A stretch of DNA of 64,000 nt from the human T2T-CHM13v2.0 reference genome, Homo sapiens. Location of the stretch: assembly GCF_009914755.1 (NCBI RefSeq), contig NC_060925.1. One strand, 5' to 3'. Shown here one piece after another: positions 1 to 12,199 of this stretch. The notes beneath the pieces are model-generated. The model worked only from the letters and a program-made list of their open reading frames with translations. It was not told the DNA's origin and ran no database searches. Numbering within the stretch: position 1 is the first letter of the stretch; every line of letters begins with the position of its first letter. A program made the position numbers and the translations under genes.

Positions 1-58
1 ATTGCACCATTGCACTCCAGCCTGGGAGACAAGAGTGAAACTCAGTCTCCAAAAAAAA
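1..58 (+). mobile_element. Alu 3' end
   Basis: cattgcactccagcctggg...A tail. Confidence 0.9.
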
Positions 59-476
59 GTATGATTCAAATGCAACTATTTGTGTGTGTTTGTTTCTGAG
101 ACCCAAGAAAATTATTGCTGAAACTTTAAAATGTTTGTTTTCAGCAACATTCATCACAAAATGTGGTTGATACAGCTTTCTGTTATCTTGTTTTGATTGG
201 TTCTGATGCTCTCCACATACGTGAAACACAAAGATACGTCATATTCCCACTAATCACTGCAAGACAGTATGGGAACTAGAAGTGCCTCCCAAATCATCAA
301 AGAAAGATTAAATCATAGTGTGTGCATTTTTTGTGTTAGGTGTTCTAAAATTTCAGAAATACTTGATCTAAGCACTGTGATGTGCATGTTAATCCTGTAT
401 ACCAGAGAACAGCTAACGAAGACAGTCTACTTGATCACAGTTTGTCAGTATGTCTCTCTTTTCTTTTTTTTTCTAG

Positions 477-1958
477 TTGGAATTTGAAAAATCCCAAGTG
501 AAAAAGTTTGAAAAAGAACAGAAGAAGCTCTCTAGTCAGCTGGAAGAGGAGCGCTCCCGCCACAAGCAGCTCTCATCCATGCTAGTGCTTGAGTGCAAGA
601 AAGCCACCAACAAGGCAGCCGAGGAAGGACAGAAGGCAGGAGAGCTGAGCCTGAAATTGGAGAAGGAGAAGAGCCGGGTGAGTAAACTGGAAGAAGAGTT
701 GGCAGCTGAGAGAAAGAGAGGCTTGCAGACTGAGGCCCAGGTAGAGAAGCAGTTATCAGAGTTTGACATCGAAAGGGAACAACTGAGAGCAAAACTGAAC
801 CGAGAAGAGAACCGGACCAAAACCCTGAAAGAAGAAATGGAAAGTTTAAAGAAGATAGTGAAGGACCTAGAGGCTTCCCACCAGCACAGTAGCCCTAATG
901 AGCAATTGAAGAAACCAGTAACCGTGTCCAAAGGCACAGCAACTGAGCCTCTCATGCTAATGTCTGTGTTTTGCCAAACAGAGAGTTTTCCAGCAGAAAG
1001 AACCCATGGGAGCAACATAGCCAAGATGACAAACACTGGGCTGCCTGGTCCTGCCACTCCTGCTTACTCATATGCAAAAACCAATGGCCATTGTGACCCA
1101 GAGATACAAACTACCAGGGAGCTGACTGCAGGCAACAATGTAGAAAACCAAGTGCCTCCACGGGAAAAATCTGTGGCATTGGCCCAAGAGAAACCAGTGG
1201 AGAATGGTGGGTGTCCTGTGGGGATTGAGACTCCAGTCCCAATGCCCAGTCCCCTCTCTTCCAGTGGGAGCTCACTGTCTCCCAGCAGCACTGCCTCCTC
1301 CTCTCTAACATCCTCTCCTTGCTCTTCGCCGGTACTCACTAAGCGTTTATTGGGGTCATCAGCTAGCAGCCCTGGCTACCAGTCATCGTACCAAGTAGGG
1401 ATCAACCAACGGTTCCATGCAGCTCGCCACAAATTTCAGTCCCAAGCAGATCAGGACCAACAAGCCAGTGGCCTACAGAGCCCTCCATCCAGGGATTTAT
1501 CCCCCACCCTCATAGACAACTCTGCCGCCAAGCAGCTGGCCCGAAACACAGTCACTCAGGTGCTCTCCAGATTCACTAGCCAACAAGGGCCAATCAAGCC
1601 AGTCTCTCCCAACAGCTCTCCCTTTGGCACAGACTATCGAAATCTAGCCAACACTGCCAATCCAAGAGGTGACACAAGCCATTCACCTACTCCAGGGAAA
1701 GTGTCCAGTCCCCTGAGCCCCCTGTCTCCAGGAATCAAGTCCCCAACCATCCCCAGAGCTGAGAGAGGAAACCCTCCACCCATCCCACCCAAGAAACCTG
1801 GCCTCACCCCTTCTCCATCTGCTACCACTCCATTGACCAAAACTCATTCCCAGGCAGCCTCTTTGACCACTGCAGAAGACCTTGCCAGCAGCTGCTCTTC
1901 CAATACTGTTGTAGCAAATGGTAAGGATGTTGAGTTACTTTTGCCTACCAGCAGCTAG
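477..1958 (+). CDS. CTTNBP2NL: CTTNBP2 N-terminal-like protein, terminal coding exon (coiled-coil, then Ser/Pro-rich region with PPPIPPKKP motif)
   Basis: Polypyrimidine tract and AG acceptor (tctctcttttctttttttttctag) ending at 476. 493-codon open frame LEFEKSQVKK...VELLLPTSS-TAG, recognised as CTTNBP2NL. PPPIPPKKP is at 1773-1799. The first residue is Leu (TTG), not an initiator. Confidence 0.96.
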   Translation: MEFEKSQVKKFEKEQKKLSSQLEEERSRHKQLSSMLVLECKKATNKAAEEGQKAGELSLKLEKEKSRVSKLEEELAAERKRGLQTEAQVEKQLSEFDIEREQLRAKLNREENRTKTLKEEMESLKKIVKDLEASHQHSSPNEQLKKPVTVSKGTATEPLMLMSVFCQTESFPAERTHGSNIAKMTNTGLPGPATPAYSYAKTNGHCDPEIQTTRELTAGNNVENQVPPREKSVALAQEKPVENGGCPVGIETPVPMPSPLSSSGSSLSPSSTASSSLTSSPCSSPVLTKRLLGSSASSPGYQSSYQVGINQRFHAARHKFQSQADQDQQASGLQSPPSRDLSPTLIDNSAAKQLARNTVTQVLSRFTSQQGPIKPVSPNSSPFGTDYRNLANTANPRGDTSHSPTPGKVSSPLSPLSPGIKSPTIPRAERGNPPPIPPKKPGLTPSPSATTPLTKTHSQAASLTTAEDLASSCSSNTVVANGKDVELLLPTSS

Positions 1959-3152
1959 TCCCTAGGAGGGAGTCTCCACGTTTGACATTCCATCAGATTT
2001 CGTCCAAAAGCTCAGTCAGACTTCTGAGTCAGATTATGTTATTTATTTTGATAGTAGCTGAAACCATCTGTATAATACATTTAGTATATTTCACCATTTT
2101 GTATTTTTTTAAGTAGAAACTGAGTAGTTTGGATTTTTATGGCTCACATCTTTTTACTGAAGCCAGAAAGGCACCTCAAAGATGTCTCAAGCTCAGCAGT
2201 CACCGTCATGTTGTGATGAAGAAAGCGAATCACCAGGTGGTGATTTGCTATCTATTTGAGAACTAGAATCACTCAACACTCATTTTGAATTATGCAGAAG
2301 TGGTTCATGCAGATTTTTATTCCAGATGAACATGTTTTAAAAGTGCCTGAAATATGACTGCCATATGAATGTGATTCTGCAGCAAAAAACACAAAATAGA
2401 TCATTTAATTACAGAAAATGAGATCCTCTGTGAATTCTGAATGTTAAAAACCAACACTGCTTTTAATCCTCTTTTAATGTTTTAATACAAGCTTTGTGTT
2501 CTGAAACAAGGCTGCATAAGTAGAATGGGAATCCTTCTAAAGGTGGGTGTGAACTCACCACAAGCTGAGCTTTATAGAGCCCTTGAGAAACCCTCCTGAG
2601 CACTAAGCAGTTGGGGTGCTGATTTTCTTGTACTTTTGAAAAATTAAGTCACTCCCAGTTTCCTGCATAAGTTCTTGAACAGAATGAAATCACATCTCCA
2701 TTCAAAAAATGTCTCAAGCATCTACTGTTGTGTAAGGAACTTCTGATTCTGATTGCTGTTACTTGAATAGGAAATGGTTACTCATTCTGTATAAAAGTTT
2801 TGCAAGAGAATGAATTTTTTATTCTGTAATCAAAAAGCAATAACTTGAAATTCACTCTGTAATATTATAGGTCAGAATTATACAAGTTTTACCAAATTGT
2901 TACACTTATTCTCCAAGCTGCCAGAACCTGGTATCTGTATCTGTAAAACCAAATTAACTTTTGCTTAAATGGGAAGTATACATATATCTGTATAGATACA
3001 TTACCCCTTTACATGTTTAACATACACACACTTAAACACATAAATACTAGTGTGATTATATCTTTGGAGTTTGCAATATAGCATAAAGGACAAGTAGAAC
3101 TGCACATTAAGATTACCTACCGAAGCAACTAGATGTGGCTGGGACACAATCA

Positions 3153-3371
<219 letters not shown>

Positions 3372-5428
3372 CTAAACTAACCCCAGTGTCACAAAACTCA
3401 ACTGGTCATATAAATGAGTGAAACAGGCCTCTCACACAAGCGATGTAAAACAGCTGGGAGCAGTGGGAGCTGTGGCAAACTAAAGTGCCCAAGCCGCATT
3501 TAAAAAGGGCATCTGTTCAGCTCCATCTGCTTGCTGCGGTGCAAGAATGCTAAACCAGGATTACCAGTTCTTCACATTTTTTGAAATCCAAATTTTCATG
3601 AGAAACATTCTCATTTTTAAATATCAAGAAGTGATTTTAAAATGTTTAAATGGTGCTGGTTAAACAAACACGTCTGCAGCTGGATTTAGCTTGCAAGCTG
3701 CCAAGTTGCAACCTCTTTCATTCTAGAAACTTCTGTCATTTTCATCATAGCAAGTCTATGCGGACAAAAGCCTCCAAACTTTCCAACTGTGTAGGCCAGT
3801 ACAGCTGGCAAGGTTCATAGAATATAATGGCTATCCCCCTCTGCCAAATAAGACTATCCACAACCCAGCTCAGACACAGTGGTTATATGATTTTGTGTCC
3901 ATACAGGAGAGGCCTTGGTGTCTTCACATACATTCTCTGAGCCAACATCTATCCAGCAGCCCTGACCTCCTGCTATAATTTAAGTCTATTTCCTTTTAAT
4001 CTAATAAGAGTTGATAGTAAAAAGGCAGGTGATGGAAATCAGTGTATAATCACAATGGAGTATATTGGCAACTCCACAGCTTATAGTTTGATAAAGGCAA
4101 ATACATGAAAAATAAAAATGCTACTAATGCCCCAAGGTGTCTATCAAAATGATGTAGGGGGTATCTTAAACTGTCCAAGGCAATCATGCATTGAACTTTA
4201 TTCCTATGCAGAGCCAAAACGAATAGTGTTGATAAAATAGCTAAACTTTCTAAACTGGAGAGGAGGCTACAGTGCCAGAGAGTTATTGTCTCTTTTGCTT
4301 TAAATGGTAATCTTAAAAGTTGCATTGTGCTCTTCCTTTGTTTTGGGATAGATATATATAGAGAGAGATACTATAAGGAAGTTTATTTCTTAGGAAGTGC
4401 ACTGAATAATGTATTTCTTTTACAGTGTAATATGGGGGTGGGGATATGCGAAAGAAATGTGTATTTTTGCTAGTTGCCTACCTTCTGAGATAAATAAGCA
4501 CAATCTTGCAATGGATCCAATAACCCAGTTAGGTATTATAGATTAGTATTTAAGTTTGCTGTAGATTGTGTGTGTGTGTGCTAAGTAAAAGTTCCATGAT
4601 TCACAATTTTAGTATTAACCCATGTTGCAAAAGCTGTTACTGGCCAACAGATTGTAATGATGTGTACCATATAACACAAGCATTAACTAGGCATTAACGT
4701 TTGTAAAGCCAAATATACCATGCAGAAGTCTTCATTTTTATAGCAGACTGCATTAAAACAAGTTAAATCTTGCTGTTTGGGGGGAAATAGTCTTGTTTGT
4801 ACAAAGTGAAAAATGGCACAATTTGGGCATATTTTGTTGGGAAGAGGGGGTGGTGTAGAGGGAGCACTTGACTGTGGCTTTGACAAAACAAATGAAGTCA
4901 ATGACCCATCCAGGTTAGACTCCATAAGGAACTAAGACATTGATTTTCTTTAGAGTCTTAGAGCTGGAAAAAGCCTTTACAATAATCCAGTCTGTGATTT
5001 TTTAAACCTTTTGGTGGTTCTGGACCTTTTTGAGAATCTTAGAAAAGCCATGGAGTTTATCCCTAGAAAAATGAATATGCCTATATGCAAAATTTGTTTG
5101 ATGGCTTCATAGGATCCAAAGACCCTGAAGCCATCCATGGCTCATGTATTTCTGCTTAAGAAAGCATAATCTTGTTCTGCTCTCTCATTTTACAAATGAT
5201 TAATGCATCCCTTTTCAACTACTCCAGCGCTGTTGCTGCTGCAATGTTAGCAAATGCAAGCCAGAGAGAAGCACTTGAAAATCCTTTGATGTCTAAAAAA
5301 TGTTCAAATAGTGTGGATGTTTACATATCTGAAGTTTTCAGCATTTAAGCAAATTAATGATCATTTCAACAAATACTAGCATATCCGGTTTCCCTTAATA
5401 GCCTGTCAGCAGTGCTGCCTTGTCAATT

Positions 5429-5462
5429 TGTGTGTGTGTGTGTGTATGTGTGTGTGTGTGTG
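5429..5462. repeat. (TG)n microsatellite
   Basis: Direct reading. Confidence 0.95.
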
Positions 5463-5684
5463 AATTCATAAGGAGTGCTTCTGATGCTTAGTCCTTGAAA
5501 TGGAACTTCAACTGTCTTTCAAAACACTGGCTTCAAAATAGGATGTGTTTTCCTAATGAATCAGAAGTGGGCAATGAGCATTGTTCCACAGGAATAATTT
5601 TTAATTTAATTTCTATAAAACTAGTTGAGAAATGAGAGCCTGTCCACCCACCATTTGTGTATCAGTGGCCAATTCATTAGTAAA

Positions 5685-5690
5685 AATAAA
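5685..5690 (+). terminator. Distal polyadenylation signal AATAAA
   Basis: Canonical hexamer at the end of the unique 3'UTR block. Confidence 0.6.
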
Positions 5691-5711
5691 GGAGGGGAAA
5701 GGAGACTGGAG

Positions 5712-6285
5712 TAGTGGTTCTCAAACTTTACTGTGCGTAAGTATAACCTGGGAAGCCTGCTAAAATAAAGATTTCTGGAGATTAGATCCTCAGACTAGCT
5801 GATGCAGCTAGTCTGTTTTGAGAAACAGTCCTTCATAGCCCTTACCTGTTCTTTCACAACAACTTGCTATTTGCCTCTGACCTAAGGAAATGTCTTAAGC
5901 TCCTGAAACTGGTTTGGCAGAATGTCAGTGATATTCAGAGTCAAGAGTGCCTACTTGAGTACCAAGCACCATGCTAATGATTTCACATACATATTACCTT
6001 ATTAATCCTCACACGGGTGCTGTGAGGTATTATTATCCCCAGTGTAGTGATGAGGTAGTTGAGGGCCAGAGATCTGTGCAAGGGCCCTTAGCATATGACA
6101 GCCAGGATTTAAACCTTAGTGCTTTGTTCTTTCACTACCAGTATTTCCCAAATGAGAGTCTCTGGGGAGGAGCAGATTCCCAGGCTCCTCCCCTGGCGAT
6201 TCTGATTTCAGTAGGCAAAGGTGGAGCTCTAGATAAATGCCTTGGTGATTCTTCAGATAGAGCAAGTTTAGAAAATGCATGCGGG
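5712..6285. mobile_element. MER5-like hAT fragments with a MIR (~5950-6140) between them
   Basis: agtggttctcaaactt terminus; gcagattcccaggctc...gattctgatttcagtagg; MIR ttaatcctcac...tattatcccc. Confidence 0.55.
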
Positions 6286-6310
6286 ACACCATGCTGCTCC
6301 ACAGCCACCC

Positions 6311-6374
6311 CAGAAATGGATCATCAGACCTAATCAATGCCAGGAGACCTTCATCAGGTCAGATAAATGGAACA
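6311..6374 (-). ncRNA. MIR4256: miR-4256 precursor hairpin
   Basis: Reverse complement reads UGUUCCAUUUAUCUGACCUGAUGAAGGUCUCCUGGCAUUGAUUAGGUCUGAUGAUCCAUUUCUG and contains AUCUGACCUGAUGAAGGU, which matches hsa-miR-4256 as I recall it. Imperfect inverted repeat atcagacct/aggtcagat. Confidence 0.85.
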
Positions 6375-6603
6375 AAAATAAAACATCATTAATTCCCCTC
6401 AAACAACATGTTTTTTAAGTATCTAAGATGAACCAGAAAGCAAGGTGCTTATTAGGGAAGACACAAGTTTAATCCTGTTCCCTGCCCTTAGGGTACTCAC
6501 AATCTAGTTGGGGAAACAAAACATTAACAAAATGATACATAGTGAGTCCAGAGGCAACAGTTTGATAGAATAATGCAGGCGAGCTTTTAAAAACCACAGG
6601 GAG

Positions 6604-6983
<380 letters not shown>

Positions 6984-7689
6984 CTAGAAAGGGAATGAAT
7001 GTCTTTTCTCCTCTCTCCAGGGCATTATTTACTTGGAGTTCTGTAACATGTCCCTGTGTTTGCTTTTTGTTTTAATTGGCTTGTCTTGATTCTAGGATAA
7101 GGTCAGAGACGGAGGCACAAGACGTCCCCAAGAGGTGAGTTCTGTTTCAGGGAGACTGACAGACACCAGTGGGTGCTTTCTTCAAGGGTTGGGGCTGACC
7201 TAAGAAGGAGCTCCCAGGCCACAGCATTCTGCAATACACTGTCCAATAATTTGTAGGGAAGATCTAGGAACATGCAAAAGGCAGTTTGAAAAAGGACCTG
7301 GTTGCCAAAGTACCATATTACCCATCAATGTCCTCTCCTACCCATTTCCCTTTTTCACACCCTCTAAATCTCTATAAGCAAATGCGGAAAATGCAAACTA
7401 AGCTTTGAACAGAATCAAATGAGTCCCTCTGGGACACTTGCAGGGGACTTATTTCTTCCGAAGGATGTGACAGCAGCTTCTCCCAATAGTGGCAGCGTTT
7501 GTTTCACTGTTAGACTGGAGGAGCACAAGGAGCATACAACATGTGGCTCTGTCCACACCACTGTGAAGTTGTTGGTTCTGAGAAATTACTGGGGGGAGTG
7601 TTAAAACAAGATTGGCCTTATCTCTGGGGAGTCACCTGTTTAACCTGACAAGAATCCTGCTCATTAACTCAATGTGTTAGACACTAGGA

Positions 7690-8400
<711 letters not shown>

Positions 8401-9986
8401 ACTCTGTTCCTTTGGTCATGATGAAGTCCTCTAAAGAAGGGAGGACACATTTTCTGAGTATTTATATAGTGCCAAGCTCTCAATCAGGTATTTTACACGT
8501 TACTTCATTTAATCAACAACTACGAAAAGAGGCAGATAATCCCTACTTGACAGATGTGATCATTAACTCCTGCTGAGACACAGTAAATTGCCCAAGGTCC
8601 TACAGCAGAGCTGAGATTCAGTGTCAGCTGGGATTCCAATCGTTGAAACCCTATTTGGCTTTCAAGTCCACTCTCTTTCTGCTGGCCACACTATAGTATC
8701 AAAACAGTAATAATACATTTGGGGAGTTTGGAATATTGACTTTTTGTCAGTCAAATACCCAAGTATAAGTCCACTGATCAGCTAGCTTTCTTTGAGACCT
8801 TCAGCTAGAAACAAGATACTGAAGGAATTGGGTTTTGGTGCAGAGAAAGGAAAAGGATGATTTCCCTACACACGTGGAGTCATCAGATGTTAGAGCTAGA
8901 GCTCATCATGGAGGAGACCCTCATAATCGAGATGAGGAAAATGAGCCCTAGAAAGGCCAGGGGACAGGCCCAATTGTGCATGTCTAGTTCACAGCAAGGC
9001 CTGGCCTGTACAGAAAGTCCGGCTCCCTCATCCTGCCTCAGCCAACTGCTCCTCCCCGAGCTGACCTGAAACCAGCAGTTCCTAGCCCAGCCCTGGCTGC
9101 TCCCTGGGGCACTCCTTCCCTCTCACCTGCTCTACCATGTCTGGCTTTGATCTTGTTCACCTGGGCTGCCCCATATTCCAGGCCCTGCCCTCTGCCTAGG
9201 GCTGTCTGCCTGCCACACTTGTTGCCACAAAAATCCTGTCCTCATGTCTCTGAACAGGTTTGACGGCTGGAGCAAGGGTAGGAGGGGGGAGCATGGTGGG
9301 GCTTCTCTTCCCAGGCCGTGCCTCCATCTGTCTAGAACCAGCTCTGGGAAGCACTCATCAGGCATGTCTTGCTCCTCAGGTCAGGCATGGACAAGATGCC
9401 ACCAAAGTCCTGAGCATCTAGCCCCTCCCTGCTCGGGAGTCTGACTTGCCACACCTGCCTGTGGAGGAGGGAACAACTGAATGCTTGAGGGGAGACACCT
9501 CCTCCTCCTCCGACGCCTTCCGCACCTGAACTCAAACATAACAGCTCTGCTGGGAAGGGGCTTTTGCGTTTTTAAAGGACTTATCCATTTCCCTTCTCTC
9601 TAGTGCCCACCCTCCCACTCCCCCGCTCCCTCAGCCCACCCAACCCAAATCAAAGCCTTCTAGGATGGTTTGTGCCTCTGAGCAGACAGGGTGTCCTCAG
9701 GAAGACCCTGATCCAAAGGGATTCGGGGTGGTGGGGTAGTTTAGGGGTGGCGACCAAAGCACACAGGCCCCTTCTTCATCCCTAGCGTGTTTTCCTTCTC
9801 CTGAGTCTTGGTGAGTCAGAGCCACAGGGCCACACACAAGGCTACTATTCAGGGCTCGTTTTCCTTCCCCTCTACTCAGATCTTGGCATCTCTCACTCCT
9901 TCATTCTCTATGTGGGCCTTATTCTCACCATGGGAAAGCTCTGCTCCCTGCCCTGTGCCGCCTCACTTTCCCCCAACAACCCACCC

Positions 9987-9987
<1 letters not shown>

Positions 9988-10033
<46 letters not shown>
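9988..10033. repeat. (CA)n microsatellite
   Basis: About 22 CA units. Confidence 0.95.
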
Positions 10034-10035
<2 letters not shown>

Positions 10036-10539
10036 CTCATCCTTGCCTTTTGAGAGTTTGCAGGCCCAGCTGGATACAAACATACAGGAGGTAGAACAAC
10101 ATAGAAATGTTACACCAACAAATCCTTATTCACATACTCAACCGGTTTTATTGCTTCTGGCTCCGTGCAGACCTCAGCCAGCTTGAGAAGGGGACACACA
10201 CCACACACTCGCTGTGCTTGCCCTTCATCTATTCAGCATATAGTTATTAAGTACTGACTCTGTGTCAAGCAAGCATCATGCTAAGGGCTGGCATTTACAC
10301 TCTGGTGGAGAAACATGTCTCAAAGAGGTGACTCTCAGGGTTGTGCAGGGCAGGATATTACAAGTGTTCCAAATGAGGGATGGGGCCCCTAAGATTCAGG
10401 AGAGCTGGAAACCCGCGGGTCTAGAGACTTAAGAAGCACCTGCTTTAAATAAAAGGGAGAAGGAGATCGGTTTGCATTGATAGGGTTCTGGGTACACTAC
10501 AGCAAGGAGTCTGAGCAAGAAAAGCAGTTCAGAACAGGA

Positions 10540-10700
10540 GCTTTGTCGGTCCGTGCGCAACCTTGGACGAGTGAGTGAACCTCCGCCACCCTCCATCTCA
10601 GCATCAGTAAAATAAAGATGGGAACCTCCCTCTCAGGGTTTTGTGAGAATCCCGTGAGATAAAGCAGGCACGTGCCTAGCACATAGTAAGAACTCCATGG
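10540..10700 (+). mobile_element. MIR
   Basis: agggttttgtgagaat...gtgcctagcacatagtaag core. Confidence 0.65.
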
Positions 10701-10719
10701 GTTTGCTGCTCCCTTTGTG

Positions 10720-11100
10720 GAGCGGCGCTGTGGGTGAAGGGGCGGTGATAGAAGTTGCTTGTCTAGATTGGAAGCCATGTGGTTCTGACGCCAAGGCCCG
10801 GCTGCAACGTGCCCGACGGGCTACTCCGGGCTGGCAGCCCCGCCCTTCTTCGGAAAGCTGACTTACTTGCGCCCCCTGGTGTTTCACATGCTGTGAATCT
10901 CTCACGACCGAGGTCTGGCCGCGCGCCACCTCTCTGAGGGAAGGACAGGGTCAGTGGCCAGGAAGGGGCCCACTTCAGACGCCGGCGTAAACGAGGATGC
11001 GCCTCCTCTCGTCCCCGTGCTCAGCCGCCTCCCTGGTGTCTAAGTTCGGAGCACAGCAGCTTACCCTGCCTGAAAAGCGGAACGAAGCCTAGACTGCGTA
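10720..11100. promoter_or_regulatory. Small CpG-rich element with CTCF motif upstream of distal WNT2B exon
   Basis: Local CpG enrichment. GCGCCCCCTGGTGT (10869-10882) is a 13/14 match to the CTCF core on the minus strand. Confidence 0.6.
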
Positions 11101-11434
11101 AAAAAAAACAGAGAACAGAAACCACCTCACAGCATTGTTGTGAGCCTTAAATGAGCAAATTTAAGACTTAAAACTGGTCATTGACATAAGCCTTCAAAAA
11201 GTGATAGCTATTAGTATTATGTAGCTCCTAGAACAGTGGCTGACATATAGTAGATGCTCATAACTGTTAAAAAGGGGCCAGGAGGATTCTATCTATTTAT
11301 GCATTCATCCATTTAATTATGCTTCAGAAATGTCTTGCTCTTTTTATACTGTCGATGCTGTAAAATACAAAACCCATAATAAGCCAAGTAAGCAAGCAAG
11401 AGCCAGCACTCTGGGAGGAAAACAAAGAGATTTT

Positions 11435-11900
11435 CTTCATTGAAATATCCATGCCACAGTTCCTACTAGGTGCCAGGCACTGTGATAGGCACTAGGATAG
11501 AGAAATAAGTTACAGGCCTTTAGGGATTTTAGGTGCTGGTGGGAGAGACAAACATGAAACGCAGTGTTATGTGGATTATAATAAATAGAGCAACAAGCTG
11601 TGGCTGCACAGTTAACCCCCAGTGGAGTCAGGAAAGGTCTCACAGAGGAAGGGACACTTGTCTTGGTCTTGAAGGAGAGGTAGATGCTCCCAGGTGAAGA
11701 AGAGAATGAAGGGCATTCCAAGGAATGAGGATAGCATATACAGTGCACCAAGTTGCCAGCAGGCACCGTGTTTCTGGTGAGAAGCCTGGGATGGAAGTCT
11801 AGATCAGGAGAAGTAAGCAGGAACTCGACAGGAAAGGGCATGGTCTGCCCAGGCAAAGAATTTGTGCCCTTATTTGGTGGGCCACTGGAAGCCTGAATTG
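11435..11900 (-). mobile_element. L2 fragment
   Basis: cctactaggtgccaggcactgtgataggcact...ggagtcaggaaaggtctcacagaggaag. Confidence 0.65.
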
Positions 11901-11915
11901 AGGAGCATCATGAGC

Positions 11916-12175
11916 ACAGGCACATTTACCAAGAAGCTAATGAGGTTTAAGCTTCGAGGCCCATCACTGGCATGGCCCCTTCCAAACCCTGAAGAGCCCA
12001 AGCAATGTGGTTGTAAAATTTGCAAAATAAGATTAAATCTTAACTGCAATCTGTTAACACTGCTGTCTCCTTTCACTCTTTCTCCTATATCACACTTTCC
12101 CACATGTTGGATGGCCTTGGAGTGGTAGCCATAAGCATTTTTGGAATTCAACTAAAAGTAAGTTGAATGAAGCAC
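11916..12175 (+). mobile_element. hAT-Tip100-type DNA transposon end (Zaphod/MER115-like) overlapping the distal WNT2B first exon
   Basis: atttaccaagaagctaatgaggtttaagcttc...ggccccttccaa...gtaaaatttgcaaaa...ctgtctcctttcactc resembles the recalled consensus terminus. Family name comes from memory. Confidence 0.5.
12104..12157 (+). CDS. WNT2B: WNT2B distal isoform (WNT2B1/WNT13B) first coding exon, MLDGLGVVAISIFGIQLK
   Basis: ATG at 12104, 18 codons, phase-0 GTAAGT donor at 12158. Peptide matches the recalled WNT2B1 N-terminus. Confidence 0.88.
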
Positions 12176-12199
12176 TACTTTATTTAATACTTGTACCTA

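Noticed and set aside
536-1840. Minus-strand ORFs overlapping CTTNBP2NL
   Set aside because: Antisense shadows of a real coding exon.
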